Shown piece by piece: positions 63,846-64,000 of a DNA stretch of 64,000 bases (the stretch's first letter is position 1; every line of letters begins with the position of its first letter). The stretch covers positions 9,982,001-10,046,000 of the forward strand of contig NW_024704757.1 of assembly GCF_018977255.1 (NCBI RefSeq), written 5' to 3'. The DNA is from Callorhinchus milii (Eukaryota). The notes beneath the pieces were generated by a model. That model was not told the DNA's origin, ran no database searches, and saw only the letters and a list, made by a program, of their open reading frames with translations. Position numbers and translations under genes: made by a program.

Positions 63846-64000
63846 ATTCAAAGTGAATCAGAAGAATATTATAGGTGTTGACGAAAAGATGCAATTGAAG
63901 GCGAGTGCATGTTTTTTTAAAGAGGGTTTGAAAGCAGTACAAAACAAATTTATATAGAGCTTTTCACGTGAGGAGGACATTCCCAAGCTGGAAGAGATGA

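Overview
Eukaryotic, repeat-rich vertebrate DNA. The repeat families point to a cartilaginous fish, possibly a chimaera; the species cannot be fixed from sequence alone. The only protein-coding gene I can support is the 3' half of a secreted netrin on the + strand. It has four GT-AG, phase-1 exons (8977-9126, 22442-22495, 43730-43804, 44849-45180) encoding the third laminin-EGF repeat, a linker and the C-terminal NTR/C345C domain. Its residues fit netrin-3 (chick netrin-2/fish ntn2) better than netrin-1. A long 3' UTR probably runs to about 48.7-49.0 kb. The rest is intron or intergenic DNA full of retroposon fragments (tRNA-Ala-headed SINE, Deu-domain SINE, LF-SINE-like, L2, CR1, Penelope-like). 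It also holds three small DNA elements with readable termini: a non-autonomous Helitron, a hAT MITE and a Tc1/mariner MITE. Nearly all ORFs in the supplied track are spurious. I found no convincing new multi-gene system. The best leads are the Helitron, a modular SINE lineage sharing the L2 3' motif, two unclassified intronic repeat families (one with a structured 133-bp core, one forming an inverted pair), a CAGATG E-box cluster and a pre-miRNA-sized hairpin. Family names and paralog comparisons come from recalled sequences, not database searches, and repeat boundaries are approximate.
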